Shown piece by piece: positions 16,795-24,674 of a DNA stretch of 64,000 bases. Numbering within the stretch: position 1 is the stretch's first letter; every line of letters begins with the position of its first letter. The position numbers and the translations under genes are program-made. Under the pieces are notes generated by a model, which saw only the letters and a list, made by a program, of their open reading frames with translations, was not told the origin of the DNA and did no database searches. The DNA is taken from positions 520,704-584,703 of the forward strand of contig CAVRET010000002.1 in the NCBI GenBank assembly GCA_963720265.1, read 5' to 3'. The stretch comes from an uncultured bacterium. GTDB taxonomy: Bacteria > Patescibacteriota > Saccharimonadia > UBA4664.

Positions 16795-17448
16795 ATGCAT
16801 ATGAGCAGTCTCTCCGAATATGAGGCAAAACCCTGGCCCTATACGGTAATTGTGGGCATCATTATTTACGTTGCAATTGATATTCTCTTGGCTTTTCTAA
16901 GGCCCGATTACAGTAGCCTGCATAACGCTGAAAGCGATTATGGCAGAGGTCCCTACTCTTGGGTTATGGACATTAATTTTTTGCTACGCTGTGTGTTATC
17001 GCTAGCTTTAGTAAAAGCTATCTGGACCACCTTCCCTAAAGAAAAGCCCATTAAGAAAGCTTCTTATTGGCTCATTGCATGGGCGATTTCTTCAGGGCTG
17101 CTGGCATTCTTCGCTGACAATCCCTTCGGCTATCCCAAGCTTAAGAGTGGTTCAATACACCTACTGTTGGCTTTTGTAGTATTTATCAGTGCTTTAGTAG
17201 GAATGGTTTTGCTAACTAGACGCTTTATGATTGTCCAGGCTTGGCGCGATACCGCTGGTTTACTGGTAGGCATAACGATACTCGCAATAGTATCCCTAGT
17301 ACTAATGGGTTACGTAGGGATTAGGCCACACACATTAGGCGGCTTATATGAAAGATTTTTTCTAGGCTCGGTACTTCTATGGGAAGGGGTTGTTGCTATA
17401 AAAATTATTTCAGGTAACAATACGTCCTCTTCAGCTAGTCGCAAATAG
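16795..17448 (+). CDS. polytopic membrane protein, unknown function (cassette 9)
   Basis: ~6 predicted TM helices, 217 aa. Confidence 0.45.
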   Translation: MHMSSLSEYEAKPWPYTVIVGIIIYVAIDILLAFLRPDYSSLHNAESDYGRGPYSWVMDINFLLRCVLSLALVKAIWTTFPKEKPIKKASYWLIAWAISSGLLAFFADNPFGYPKLKSGSIHLLLAFVVFISALVGMVLLTRRFMIVQAWRDTAGLLVGITILAIVSLVLMGYVGIRPHTLGGLYERFFLGSVLLWEGVVAIKIISGNNTSSSASRK

Positions 17449-17478
17449 CAAAAAACAATCCAATTACTACCTTGTATT

Positions 17479-17512
17479 ACAGTGCGATAGCGTGCACGAT
17501 GGCACTCACACT
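17479..17512 (+). repeat. array repeat R9 (upstream half only, degenerate)
   Basis: CAGTGCGATAGCGTGCACGATGGCACTCACAC. It lacks the conserved box and hairpin. Confidence 0.5.
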
Positions 17513-17868
17513 TACCCCGCAAAAATAGTATGAAGCACCGTCATAAGTTTGGATCTTTGGCTTGGTGATATCTCGGCAATACGCTCCCTAAGCCTGGCTT
17601 TATCAACGACTCTTAGCTGGTCACAGGCGGCGCTAGACTTCCGTCCCAAAATATTCACGTCCACCCGAAAAGGCCAGCTGGTTCTGGTCGTTGTCATTGG
17701 AATGATAAGTACCGTCTTCAAGAAATCGTTCATCTCGTCCGGAGATATTACGAGGCCGGGTCTAATTTTCTGAAGCTCTGAACCTCGTGTGGGATCCGGG
17801 TCAAACCAATAAACCGAGAACCGCCTAATGTTTGTCACGTGCGAGCCATTCCTCGTAGGTCGGACCAT
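17512..17868 (-). CDS. mazF: type II toxin, MazF/PemK/Kid-family mRNA interferase
   Basis: VYWFDPDPTRGSELQKIRPGLVISPDEMN...IIPMTTT...CDQLRVVDKARL parallels MazF/Kid blocks. Start is uncertain (candidates 17835-17895). Confidence 0.65.
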   Translation of the reverse strand: MVRPTRNGSHVTNIRRFSVYWFDPDPTRGSELQKIRPGLVISPDEMNDFLKTVLIIPMTTTRTSWPFRVDVNILGRKSSAACDQLRVVDKARLRERIAEISPSQRSKLMTVLHTIFAG

Positions 17869-18142
17869 CCCAAGGCATACTGTCGAGCCCATCACTGGCT
17901 GCAGCGTCCCACGATGTCAAGTCGGTATCATCGGCCAAGGCATGGGGGTTAGACGCTAAAACTGCTTGAATTTGCTGCCTCCACCCTTGTCTTGGATTAG
18001 CCGCAGAACGAATCACTATCTCGCCTGGTCGAGCCTCCAATTCAACCGCGTCTTCCAGATTGCTCAAAGCAAGCAACGCCTTTGGCAGCCGCACTGCTTT
18101 ACTATTACCGGACGTAGTTAATCTCGTAGATATCGTTGACAT
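17825..18142 (-). CDS. mazE: type II antitoxin (AbrB/MazE-type swapped-hairpin domain)
   Basis: TTSGNSKAVRLPKALL matches the SpoVT/AbrB motif. Sits upstream of and overlaps the toxin gene. Confidence 0.6.
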   Translation of the reverse strand: MSTISTRLTTSGNSKAVRLPKALLALSNLEDAVELEARPGEIVIRSAANPRQGWRQQIQAVLASNPHALADDTDLTSWDAAASDGLDSMPWDGPTYEEWLARDKH

Positions 18143-18228
18143 ATGTACATTGTACGTACCTCACTCGATTCGTTCAATAGGGATAATGTCCGAAAGGCGC
18201 AACTTTAGGGTCGGGCTTTAGCCGGATC

Positions 18229-18312
18229 TCAGTGGCAATAGACTCCACGATGGTCCTCCATAACACTCATGCTTAAACTTCTCTACATCGAGGAGTTTTT
18301 TGTTGCTATGCT
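18229..18312 (+). repeat. array repeat R10
   Basis: CAGTGGCAATAGACTCCACGATGGTCCTCCATAACACTCATGCTTAAACTTCTCTACATCGAGGAGTTTTTTGTTGCTATGCTTTGACTATGG. Confidence 0.8.
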
Positions 18313-18897
18313 TTGACTATGGAAACCTTTAAAGACCTTCCGGTACTGCTAGCCGCTACACAATCTGACTGGAGAGCCTGGCTTGAGGAAAACCATATGC
18401 AGCTTCGGGGTATATGGCTCAAGCACGCGAAAAAGTCGTCTGGAAAGCCGTCAGTTAGCTATACGGAGGCACTGGAAGAGGCGTTGTGTTACGGCTGGAT
18501 AGATAGTCAAAAGCAAGCTTACGATGAGGACTATTTTCTGCAAAAGTTTACGCCTAGGGGCCCTAAAAGCGTGTGGTCTAAAATTAACGTTGCCAAAGCT
18601 GAAGCGCTCATTAAGTCAAGAAAAATGCAGCCAGCCGGATTGGAGACAATCAGTGCGGCCAAGCAGGATGGTAGATGGGACGCCGCCTACGACTCCTCAA
18701 GTTCGAATAAAATTCCGGAAGATTTTCAGGCGGCTTTAAATGAAAACCCTAAAGCCAAGCAGTTTTTTGAGACGCTCAATAAAGCGAACATTTACGCTTT
18801 TTCCTGGCGGATACAAACCGCTAAAAAGCCGGAAACCCGGAAAGCAAAAATCGACCAGTTTATCGAGATGCTAAATCGAGGCCAGAAACTTCATTAG
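18313..18897 (+). CDS. YdeI/OmpD-associated family (DUF1801-like) protein (cassette 11)
   Basis: 194 aa. WIDSQKQAYDEDYFLQKFTPRGPKSVWSKIN...KAKQFFETLNKANIYAFSWRIQTAKKPETR is typical of this family. Stop TAG 18895-18897 is inside repeat R11 (caTTAGcaa). Confidence 0.55.
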   Translation: MTMETFKDLPVLLAATQSDWRAWLEENHMQLRGIWLKHAKKSSGKPSVSYTEALEEALCYGWIDSQKQAYDEDYFLQKFTPRGPKSVWSKINVAKAEALIKSRKMQPAGLETISAAKQDGRWDAAYDSSSSNKIPEDFQAALNENPKAKQFFETLNKANIYAFSWRIQTAKKPETRKAKIDQFIEMLNRGQKLH

Positions 18898-18990
18898 CAA
18901 GCCCAATTTGAGTTGCGACAGCGCCTACTGTGGCCCTCCGGCAATTATCTTCAAACTAATAGCTTCCTGAAGCCATTAGTTTATTATCCA
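18893..18990 (+). repeat. array repeat R11 (variant downstream half)
   Basis: CATTAGCAAGCCCAATTTGAGTTGCGACAGCGCCTACTGTGGCCCTCCGGCAATTATCTTCAAACTAATAGCTTCCTGAAGCCATTAGTTTATTATCC. Confidence 0.7.
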
Positions 18991-19149
18991 AGCACGCCAC
19001 CCTAGTAGACGTGCAACTATCCTCGCCATATGATTATCTACATGAGCAATCGGCCTGGATTAGTAAAGCAATTCAATGAAGCTTTTTCAAAAGGCGACCG
19101 ACATCTAGCAGAGGAACTGTTGGCCCCTAACTTCACGTTCTCGGCGCCG

Positions 19150-19750
19150 CCCGATCCCTTAACCCCGCGAGGAACCCCGGAGCTTGCTCCGGGGAGGGAT
19201 AGCGCCGGCGAGCACCTGTCCGCCTCTGGTGGACACAGCAGTCTTTCATTAGCACAATGGTGGTATGGACGTTCAAATCGGTGCCCACTGTCGGTATCAG
19301 ATTCGGTACCATTTGGTATGGGGTGTCAAACTTCGACGCAAGGTACTGCTAGCCAACCGCAGCCAATACTTAAAGCGGGTGCTTGTCGAGATAGCCCAGG
19401 CTTACGACTGGGAGCTGGAAGCTGTTGGCACCGATGACGACCATGTCCATGTATTTATAGGTGCTCATCCAAAAATCGCGCCAGAGAAGTTGGTACAGAT
19501 CTTAAAAAGCAAGAGCGCACGGGCCTTGTTTGTCCAGTTTCCCGAAGTCAAACAGTTCTTGTGGGGCGGTGCGATGTGGAGTGTCGGCTATTACATTAGG
19601 ACCGTCTCTGACGGTCCGTTGGAAGGAGTTATAAAGACGTATGTTGAGCAACAAGGTAAGCACCGACCCACTCAGGCCAAATCGTACCAACTGAAGCTGG
19701 TGCCCTAAGTGACAACCACGGAGCTTGCTCCGTGGGGGTGTCTTTTTTTG
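19150..19750 (+). mobile_element. second, unrelated IS200/IS605-family insertion sequence (tnpA only)
   Basis: Subterminal hairpins CCCCGGAGCTTGCTCCGGGG (19175-19194) and CCACGGAGCTTGCTCCGTGG (19717-19736) flank a Y1 transposase gene. Boundaries are approximate. Confidence 0.7.
19265..19708 (+). CDS. tnpA: IS200/IS605 family transposase TnpA (Y1 HUH)
   Basis: YHLVWGVKLRRKVL and the HUH motif DDHVHVFIG, with a C-terminal Tyr region. Only distantly similar to the first tnpA. Confidence 0.85.
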   Translation: MDVQIGAHCRYQIRYHLVWGVKLRRKVLLANRSQYLKRVLVEIAQAYDWELEAVGTDDDHVHVFIGAHPKIAPEKLVQILKSKSARALFVQFPEVKQFLWGGAMWSVGYYIRTVSDGPLEGVIKTYVEQQGKHRPTQAKSYQLKLVP

Positions 19751-20052
19751 GACCGTGACGGGTTCTTTCAGAAATGCTGGCCTCAGGGACATAACCTTAA
19801 AAATATTGAGTATGTGCGCGTAACAGAAAATGCTGATGAAGTTATCATCACGCATGAATACGCTAAGCCAGACGGCGCCAAGGGGCGCAATACCGACGTA
19901 ATTACATTTGATGGAGATAAAATCATCCGTTTGGAAGTCTATTTTGGTTGGGACACAAAAGACTGGTAGTTGTTTTCAGAATTCCTGCCAAACAATCCTC
20001 GGAAATTTTCCCCTAAGATACGTCAGAGAACGTAAGACGCAAGGGGAACTAC

Positions 20053-20805
20053 ATGGCTAAAGAAAGCATCAACGACAAAGTAGTTATTATTACTGGGGCA
20101 ACTTCGGGTATCGGAGAGGCTACTGCTAGGCTGCTGGCGACCGAAGGTGCCATCACGGTCCTGGCGGGCAGACGAGCGGAGCGGCTGGACAGACTCCGTG
20201 GCGAAATCGAAAAAAGCGGCGGGCAGGCTATGTCCGTAGAAACGGATGTCACCAAATTCGACGACACTCGGCGGCTTATCGACACCGTGCACAAAAAATA
20301 CGGCCGCATCGACATCTTATTCAACAACGCCGGCGTTATGCTGCTCGGCCCGGTGCTAGACGCCGATGTCACCGATTGGCAGCGGATGATCGATACCAAC
20401 CTATATGGGCTCATCTGGTGCACGCACGCAGTCTTGCCGCACATGGTCAAGCAAGGGAGCGGCCACATTGTTCAAACGTCGTCGGTTGCCGGCCGCACCG
20501 CCAACTCAGGCAGCGCCGTCTACAACCTCACCAAGTGGGGGGTTAATGCCTTCACTGAGGCTCTGCGTCGGGAACTAGTGGAATCCAAAATCAGGACGAC
20601 AATCATCGAGCCCGGTCTGGTAGCCACAGAGCTGCGTGAGCACATTACGAACCGGGAGGCCAAAGACCGTGTCAACGAGTGGGCCGAATCGGTGCGTCAG
20701 CTGCAGGCGGAAGATATTGCAAATGCCGTCCTCTACGCCGTCACACAGCCCAGTCATGTAGACGTCAATGAGATCCTAATTCGCCCAACCGACCAACAGC
20801 GGTAA
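20053..20805 (+). CDS. SDR-family NAD(P)-dependent oxidoreductase
   Basis: TGATSGIGEA Rossmann motif, NNAG, and a Y..K catalytic region typical of short-chain dehydrogenases. Confidence 0.8.
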   Translation: MAKESINDKVVIITGATSGIGEATARLLATEGAITVLAGRRAERLDRLRGEIEKSGGQAMSVETDVTKFDDTRRLIDTVHKKYGRIDILFNNAGVMLLGPVLDADVTDWQRMIDTNLYGLIWCTHAVLPHMVKQGSGHIVQTSSVAGRTANSGSAVYNLTKWGVNAFTEALRRELVESKIRTTIIEPGLVATELREHITNREAKDRVNEWAESVRQLQAEDIANAVLYAVTQPSHVDVNEILIRPTDQQR

Positions 20806-20837
20806 ACCGATGAGAGAGCTCAGCCGCGCCGGTGATG

Positions 20838-21224
20838 CTATTGTCCGGCCGTCGGCTCCCACAGCTCGACCTTGTTGCCTTCCGGGTCAATCACCCAGCC
20901 AAACTTCCCATATTCTGATTCATCGACCTTGTCCAATACATTGCAGCCCTCTCCCTTAAGAGCCTCCAGCAGCGCCCGGAGGTCGGCTACCCGGTAGTTC
21001 ACCATAAAGGTAGCCGTGCTTGGCGCGAAAGAGTCATCATCGGCAGACGTGATGGACCAAGCCGTTGTGCCGCCAACAGGTTTGCCAGCTCCATCTGTCC
21101 AGTCAAAGGCGGCGCCTCCCCAGTCTTGCACGTCGATGCCAAGGTGCCGCTTGTACCAGGCCTGCATTGCCTTTGGGTCTTTGGCTTTAAAGAAGATGCC
21201 ACCAATACCAGTAACGCGGTTCAT
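20838..21224 (-). CDS. VOC-family (glyoxalase/bleomycin-resistance fold) protein
   Basis: 128 aa with the VOC beta-alpha-beta-beta-beta arrangement (GIGGIFFKAKDPKAMQAWYKRHLG...). Confidence 0.6.
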   Translation of the reverse strand: MNRVTGIGGIFFKAKDPKAMQAWYKRHLGIDVQDWGGAAFDWTDGAGKPVGGTTAWSITSADDDSFAPSTATFMVNYRVADLRALLEALKGEGCNVLDKVDESEYGKFGWVIDPEGNKVELWEPTAGQ

Positions 21225-21245
21225 ACTAAAACTATATCAAAAAGT

Positions 21246-21292
21246 ATGCGCGATCGCCCTCCAGGCATTTTGTTGTTTTCTGCTATGATGCG
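21246..21292 (+). repeat. array repeat R12 (degenerate, probable right end of array)
   Basis: GCGCGATCGCCCTCCAGGCATTTTGTTGTTTTCTGCTATGATGCG retains CCCTCCA, a T-run, and CTATGAT. Confidence 0.45.
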
Positions 21293-21295
21293 CTC

Positions 21296-21898
21296 ATGAA
21301 AAACATGGAGCGCTTCGTCAATTTCAGCGACGGGGTCATGGCTATTGCCGTAACGTTGCTGGTGCTGCCTCTGGCCGAACGCGCGTCCAACGCCCGTATC
21401 AACTCGTACCACGATTTCCAAGCCGCATTTGCGCATCAACTCGCCATTTTCTTCCTCAGCTTTGTTGTCATTTGCCGCTACTGGGAGGTCCACCACAATC
21501 TATTTAGTTCCCTCAAAACTTTTAGCGCCCTCCTATTTTGGCTCAACGCCGCCTGGCTGGCCTCCATAGTACTCGTGCCGTTTACCTCCGAAATCATCGG
21601 CAACGCGAGCGGTACAAATGCATTTACGACTGCCGTTTACATTGGCTCACTACTCATCACAAGCTACATCGGCGTGGCGATCCAATGGGTGATCGTGCAA
21701 TCGCCGCAACTGCGAAAACCCGGTGTTCTGGCGCCGTCGCGTTTGCTTTACGGAGCTACCAGCGCCGTGGCCATGACCGCGGCCTTCGTGTTGAGCGTTC
21801 TCGTGCCTAGCATCGGGCCCTGGTCGCTTTTGCTGCTCATTCCGGCCGGTTACGTGGCTAAATATTGGCCGGCACAGCTCAAGCACAACCTCTCATAA
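21296..21898 (+). CDS. DUF1211 / TMEM175-like membrane protein (putative K+ channel family)
   Basis: N-terminal signature RFVNFSDGVMAIAVTLLVLPL (compare the FSDGVFAIAITLL motif) and 6 TM helices. Confidence 0.65.
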   Translation: MKNMERFVNFSDGVMAIAVTLLVLPLAERASNARINSYHDFQAAFAHQLAIFFLSFVVICRYWEVHHNLFSSLKTFSALLFWLNAAWLASIVLVPFTSEIIGNASGTNAFTTAVYIGSLLITSYIGVAIQWVIVQSPQLRKPGVLAPSRLLYGATSAVAMTAAFVLSVLVPSIGPWSLLLLIPAGYVAKYWPAQLKHNLS

Positions 21899-22026
21899 AG
21901 CGCAGGTTAATCCCGCAGGCGCTCACCAACACACGCACCACCAATGTCCCCGCTGCCACGGCCAACAGCAGGAAGTGGAGGCAGGTCTCTTCGACAGTGT
22001 TGCTACGATTATAAGCCAAGGAAATA

Positions 22027-22659
22027 TTGTTCTGGTATGCTCATGGCATGACGACTACTCTGTCTGAGCTGATCGGCAAGATCAAGTCTCTGCGTCCCGG
22101 CCAAACCGGCCTGGTCTGCATTGGCATTTCCGGCTACGGCGGATCGGGGAAATCAACGCTAGCCGCGAGATTAGCACAGGCATTGCCCGGCTCGGTTGTG
22201 GTCTCAATTGATGATTTTATACGAAGAGCCCCTACCGACCGGTCAACCAACTGGGGTACATTCAACCGCGCACGGCTTTGCCACGACATTCTGAGCGAGG
22301 CACGGCCGGGCCAGTCAATCACCTACTTGCAGCAACAATCCGGGATTGTGGCGGATCATAAAAAAGGCACCAGGCGCACCATTACGCTGCGGAACTATCT
22401 CATCATCGAAGGCTGCAGCGTCCTTCACCCAAGGTTGATGCATTATTACGATTACTCAATCTGGATCGACTGTCCGCAACCAGTGGCCCTGGAGCGAGCT
22501 GAAGCGCGCGACCAGTCAGAAGGGCGCAGCTACAAACTTTGGGACGATGTCTGGGGTCCGGACGACCGCGACTACTTCAAACATTTCCGTCCCGATCGTT
22601 TGGCCGACGTTGAGATCAAACCAGCCGCCTTCGAGCCGTCCGGCCACGCACAACAATGA
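22027..22659 (+). CDS. uridine kinase-like P-loop kinase (second copy of this family in the window)
   Basis: GISGYGGSGKSTLA P-loop, IDDF, and LIIEG blocks. Confidence 0.6.
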   Translation: MFWYAHGMTTTLSELIGKIKSLRPGQTGLVCIGISGYGGSGKSTLAARLAQALPGSVVVSIDDFIRRAPTDRSTNWGTFNRARLCHDILSEARPGQSITYLQQQSGIVADHKKGTRRTITLRNYLIIEGCSVLHPRLMHYYDYSIWIDCPQPVALERAEARDQSEGRSYKLWDDVWGPDDRDYFKHFRPDRLADVEIKPAAFEPSGHAQQ

Positions 22660-23206
22660 TGCCCGCGATACTCGTGTTTGCAATCAGCAGATACATCGGA
22701 AACGCGTAATTGGCAAACGTCCATTGCTGGATCGTTAATATGGTCAGCAGCACACCTACCGAGCCCGCAATAAAGGCGAATGGGTGCTCGGTTTCAGGAT
22801 TTGTGAACGCTTTCGTGGCGGTTGGCAAGCAGGCCAAAAGGTCCGCGGCAATGGCAAATAAAATCGCAACATTACCCTTGCCGGTCAACCACCACAGCAC
22901 AAGAGCAAGTACCGACAGCCCGGCGCAGTACCAGTCAAACGGGCGGATTTTCCAGTATGCTTTCCGATCCACGAACGATGCGGCGAGCACCAGCATCGGC
23001 CCAAAGCCGGCCGAAAGTGTCACGAGCGACTGAAGTTTAACCCCCTGCGACAGCTCAGCCGCAAATGCCACCAGCGGCGCCAATGCCCACAGGCTCCACC
23101 CAACTCGGTTTGGCTGCGTGTTGCCCTTGAGGGTGTCCCATGCGTAAGTCACGCAACCAAAAAGACTAATGAGCGCACCGACAATCGCGAAATTGGCATT
23201 CAACAT
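22616..23206 (-). CDS. membrane protein, unknown function
   Basis: 5-6 TM helices. Convergent with, and overlapping, the 3' end of the previous gene, so the exact extent is uncertain. Confidence 0.4.
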   Translation of the reverse strand: MLNANFAIVGALISLFGCVTYAWDTLKGNTQPNRVGWSLWALAPLVAFAAELSQGVKLQSLVTLSAGFGPMLVLAASFVDRKAYWKIRPFDWYCAGLSVLALVLWWLTGKGNVAILFAIAADLLACLPTATKAFTNPETEHPFAFIAGSVGVLLTILTIQQWTFANYAFPMYLLIANTSIAGIIVVRGRTARRRLV

Positions 23207-23267
23207 AATGCTTTAGTATAGCAGGAAACACTCAGCCGACCGGCTGCCAATTTGCTATGCTCAGCAC

Positions 23268-23780
23268 ATGGCGCCAAACCCGCACGCAAGCCGCACCACA
23301 CTCCGCCAGGCCACCTCAGCGGACAAGGCTGAAATCCTGGCGCTGTCTCACAAATCGCAGGCCGCTACCGGCATGCCCGATCCTACAATTATCCCGCCCG
23401 AGCAACTCGAAAGCTGGATTTATACCCCGCGCGTGCGCGAGCGCTTTGTTGCCATCCGGTCCGGCCGCATTGTCGGCCACGCCGTCATTGAAGAACCAAA
23501 TCCCGGCGATCTTCCCATTTGGCGCCAATCTGCACCCAAAGGCGCGAAGTTACTTGAGCTGGGTGGCGCCTTCGTTGATCCCAATCTCGCGAAACAAGGA
23601 ATCTGGACCAAGCTCCTCGAGCACCGGCTGCAGCTCATTCGCGACCAGGGCGCCGTACCGGTCAGCGCCACCTGGATGCAAAACGAGCACGTCAAACGCG
23701 TGTTCAAGGCCCACGGCGGTACCGAAATAGCGGTCGCCCCGCCCGATGCACCCATCATCAGTCTCTTTATCTTTCTGTGA
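23268..23780 (+). CDS. GNAT-family N-acetyltransferase (putative)
   Basis: The GHAVIEE...LELGGAFVDPNLAKQGIWTKLLEHRL arrangement resembles GNAT motif A. Confidence 0.45.
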   Translation: MAPNPHASRTTLRQATSADKAEILALSHKSQAATGMPDPTIIPPEQLESWIYTPRVRERFVAIRSGRIVGHAVIEEPNPGDLPIWRQSAPKGAKLLELGGAFVDPNLAKQGIWTKLLEHRLQLIRDQGAVPVSATWMQNEHVKRVFKAHGGTEIAVAPPDAPIISLFIFL

Positions 23781-23883
23781 CCACAGCGCCGCTCAGTTCG
23801 GTAAACTTGCAATAGTCAGTAAAAAATGATATAAACATAAAACCTAGCCTCTGGAGCTAGGCCGACCCGACACTGGGAGCAAC

Positions 23884-24507
23884 ATGTCTGATTTCATCGC
23901 AGTAGACTTTACACAACTCGGTGGCATTGAGGCCGGCGACGACTTCCGTGTCACCGTCTTGCCGGGCGACATCGACGCGGTCAACGCCCTCATCTCCCTG
24001 AATACTCGCGGCATCATCGGGTTGTCGGGCAACGAGGTAACCTTCCTCTTGACAGTCTCTGCCACCGGCGACTGGGAAGGTGACGACAACCGCAACCTCA
24101 AGCTGGTGGCCGCGTCCAACTGGGACGCCGCCACTTTCGAACGGGAAATGGCGGGCCACCTAGAGGCACTGGCGACCGGTCGCGGCGATCGAGGCCATAC
24201 GCCGCTCAAGCTGATCAACTTCGACAACCTCAACCGGGTGCTGATGGGCGACCGGATCACCATCTGCTTCGTGCCCGTCGGCTACCAGTACCTCGGCCGG
24301 CTCTTCGAGCTGAATAACGAGGGCGTAATCCAGCTCCCTGTCGACGGCCTCACAGCCCTGAGTGTCGCCCGAGACGAGCAGCACTGGCCCAGCGACGATC
24401 CCGCCAGCCGTACGTTCACCGTCACCCTGGGCCCATGCTGGGATCCCTGGGAGCTTGAGGAGGTACTTCAAGGCTACATCGAGGTCCTCACCATAACTAT
24501 GGGCTAG
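23884..24507 (+). CDS. hypothetical protein
   Basis: 207-aa acidic ORF followed by a strong terminator. Confidence 0.45.
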   Translation: MSDFIAVDFTQLGGIEAGDDFRVTVLPGDIDAVNALISLNTRGIIGLSGNEVTFLLTVSATGDWEGDDNRNLKLVAASNWDAATFEREMAGHLEALATGRGDRGHTPLKLINFDNLNRVLMGDRITICFVPVGYQYLGRLFELNNEGVIQLPVDGLTALSVARDEQHWPSDDPASRTFTVTLGPCWDPWELEEVLQGYIEVLTITMG

Positions 24508-24555
24508 CCGGTGCGTCGCAGCTGCACCAGCCCATTCCGCCCGCTGACCACTCAC

Positions 24556-24600
24556 GCGAACGCCCCCGTCCGCCGTGTGGTCGGCGGGCGTTCGCTTTTA
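24556..24600 (+). terminator. rho-independent terminator
   Basis: GCGAACGCCCCCGTCCGCCGTGTGGTCGGCGGGCGTTCGC hairpin followed by TTTTA. Confidence 0.6.
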
Positions 24601-24674
24601 AGACCAAAAAACCGCACGGTAAGGCGAAACCAGTTCTGGTTTTAAGTCGGCGGTCGATAAACTACAATTTCCAT

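Larger units (their letters stand above)
19030..19969 (+). pseudogene. SnoaL/NTF2-like gene split by an IS200/IS605 insertion (N-part 19030..~19160; C-part ~19750..19969)
   Basis: The N-terminus MSNRPGLVKQFNEAFSKGDRHLAEELLAPNFTF is a SnoaL_2-like start. The C-terminus VITHEYAKPDGAKGRNTDVITFDGDKIIRLEVYFGWDT has an NTF2-like ending. The IS lies between them. Confidence 0.55.

Noticed and set aside
10133-21292. Could the regularly spaced repeats be a CRISPR array?
   Set aside because: The 'spacers' are 0.4-1.1 kb and each encodes a whole gene. The repeats are 60-85 bp, imperfect and internally variable (with different hairpins). They contain a tRNA 3' end. No cas genes are present.
10133-21292. 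Canonical integron (intI with attC cassettes)
   Set aside because: No IntI-like tyrosine recombinase, attI or Pc is present in the window. The repeat lacks the GTTRRRY / RYYYAAC attC core sites. The resemblance is architectural only: the stop codon sits inside the repeat and the cassettes are single genes. The feature is reported as integron-like, not as an integron.
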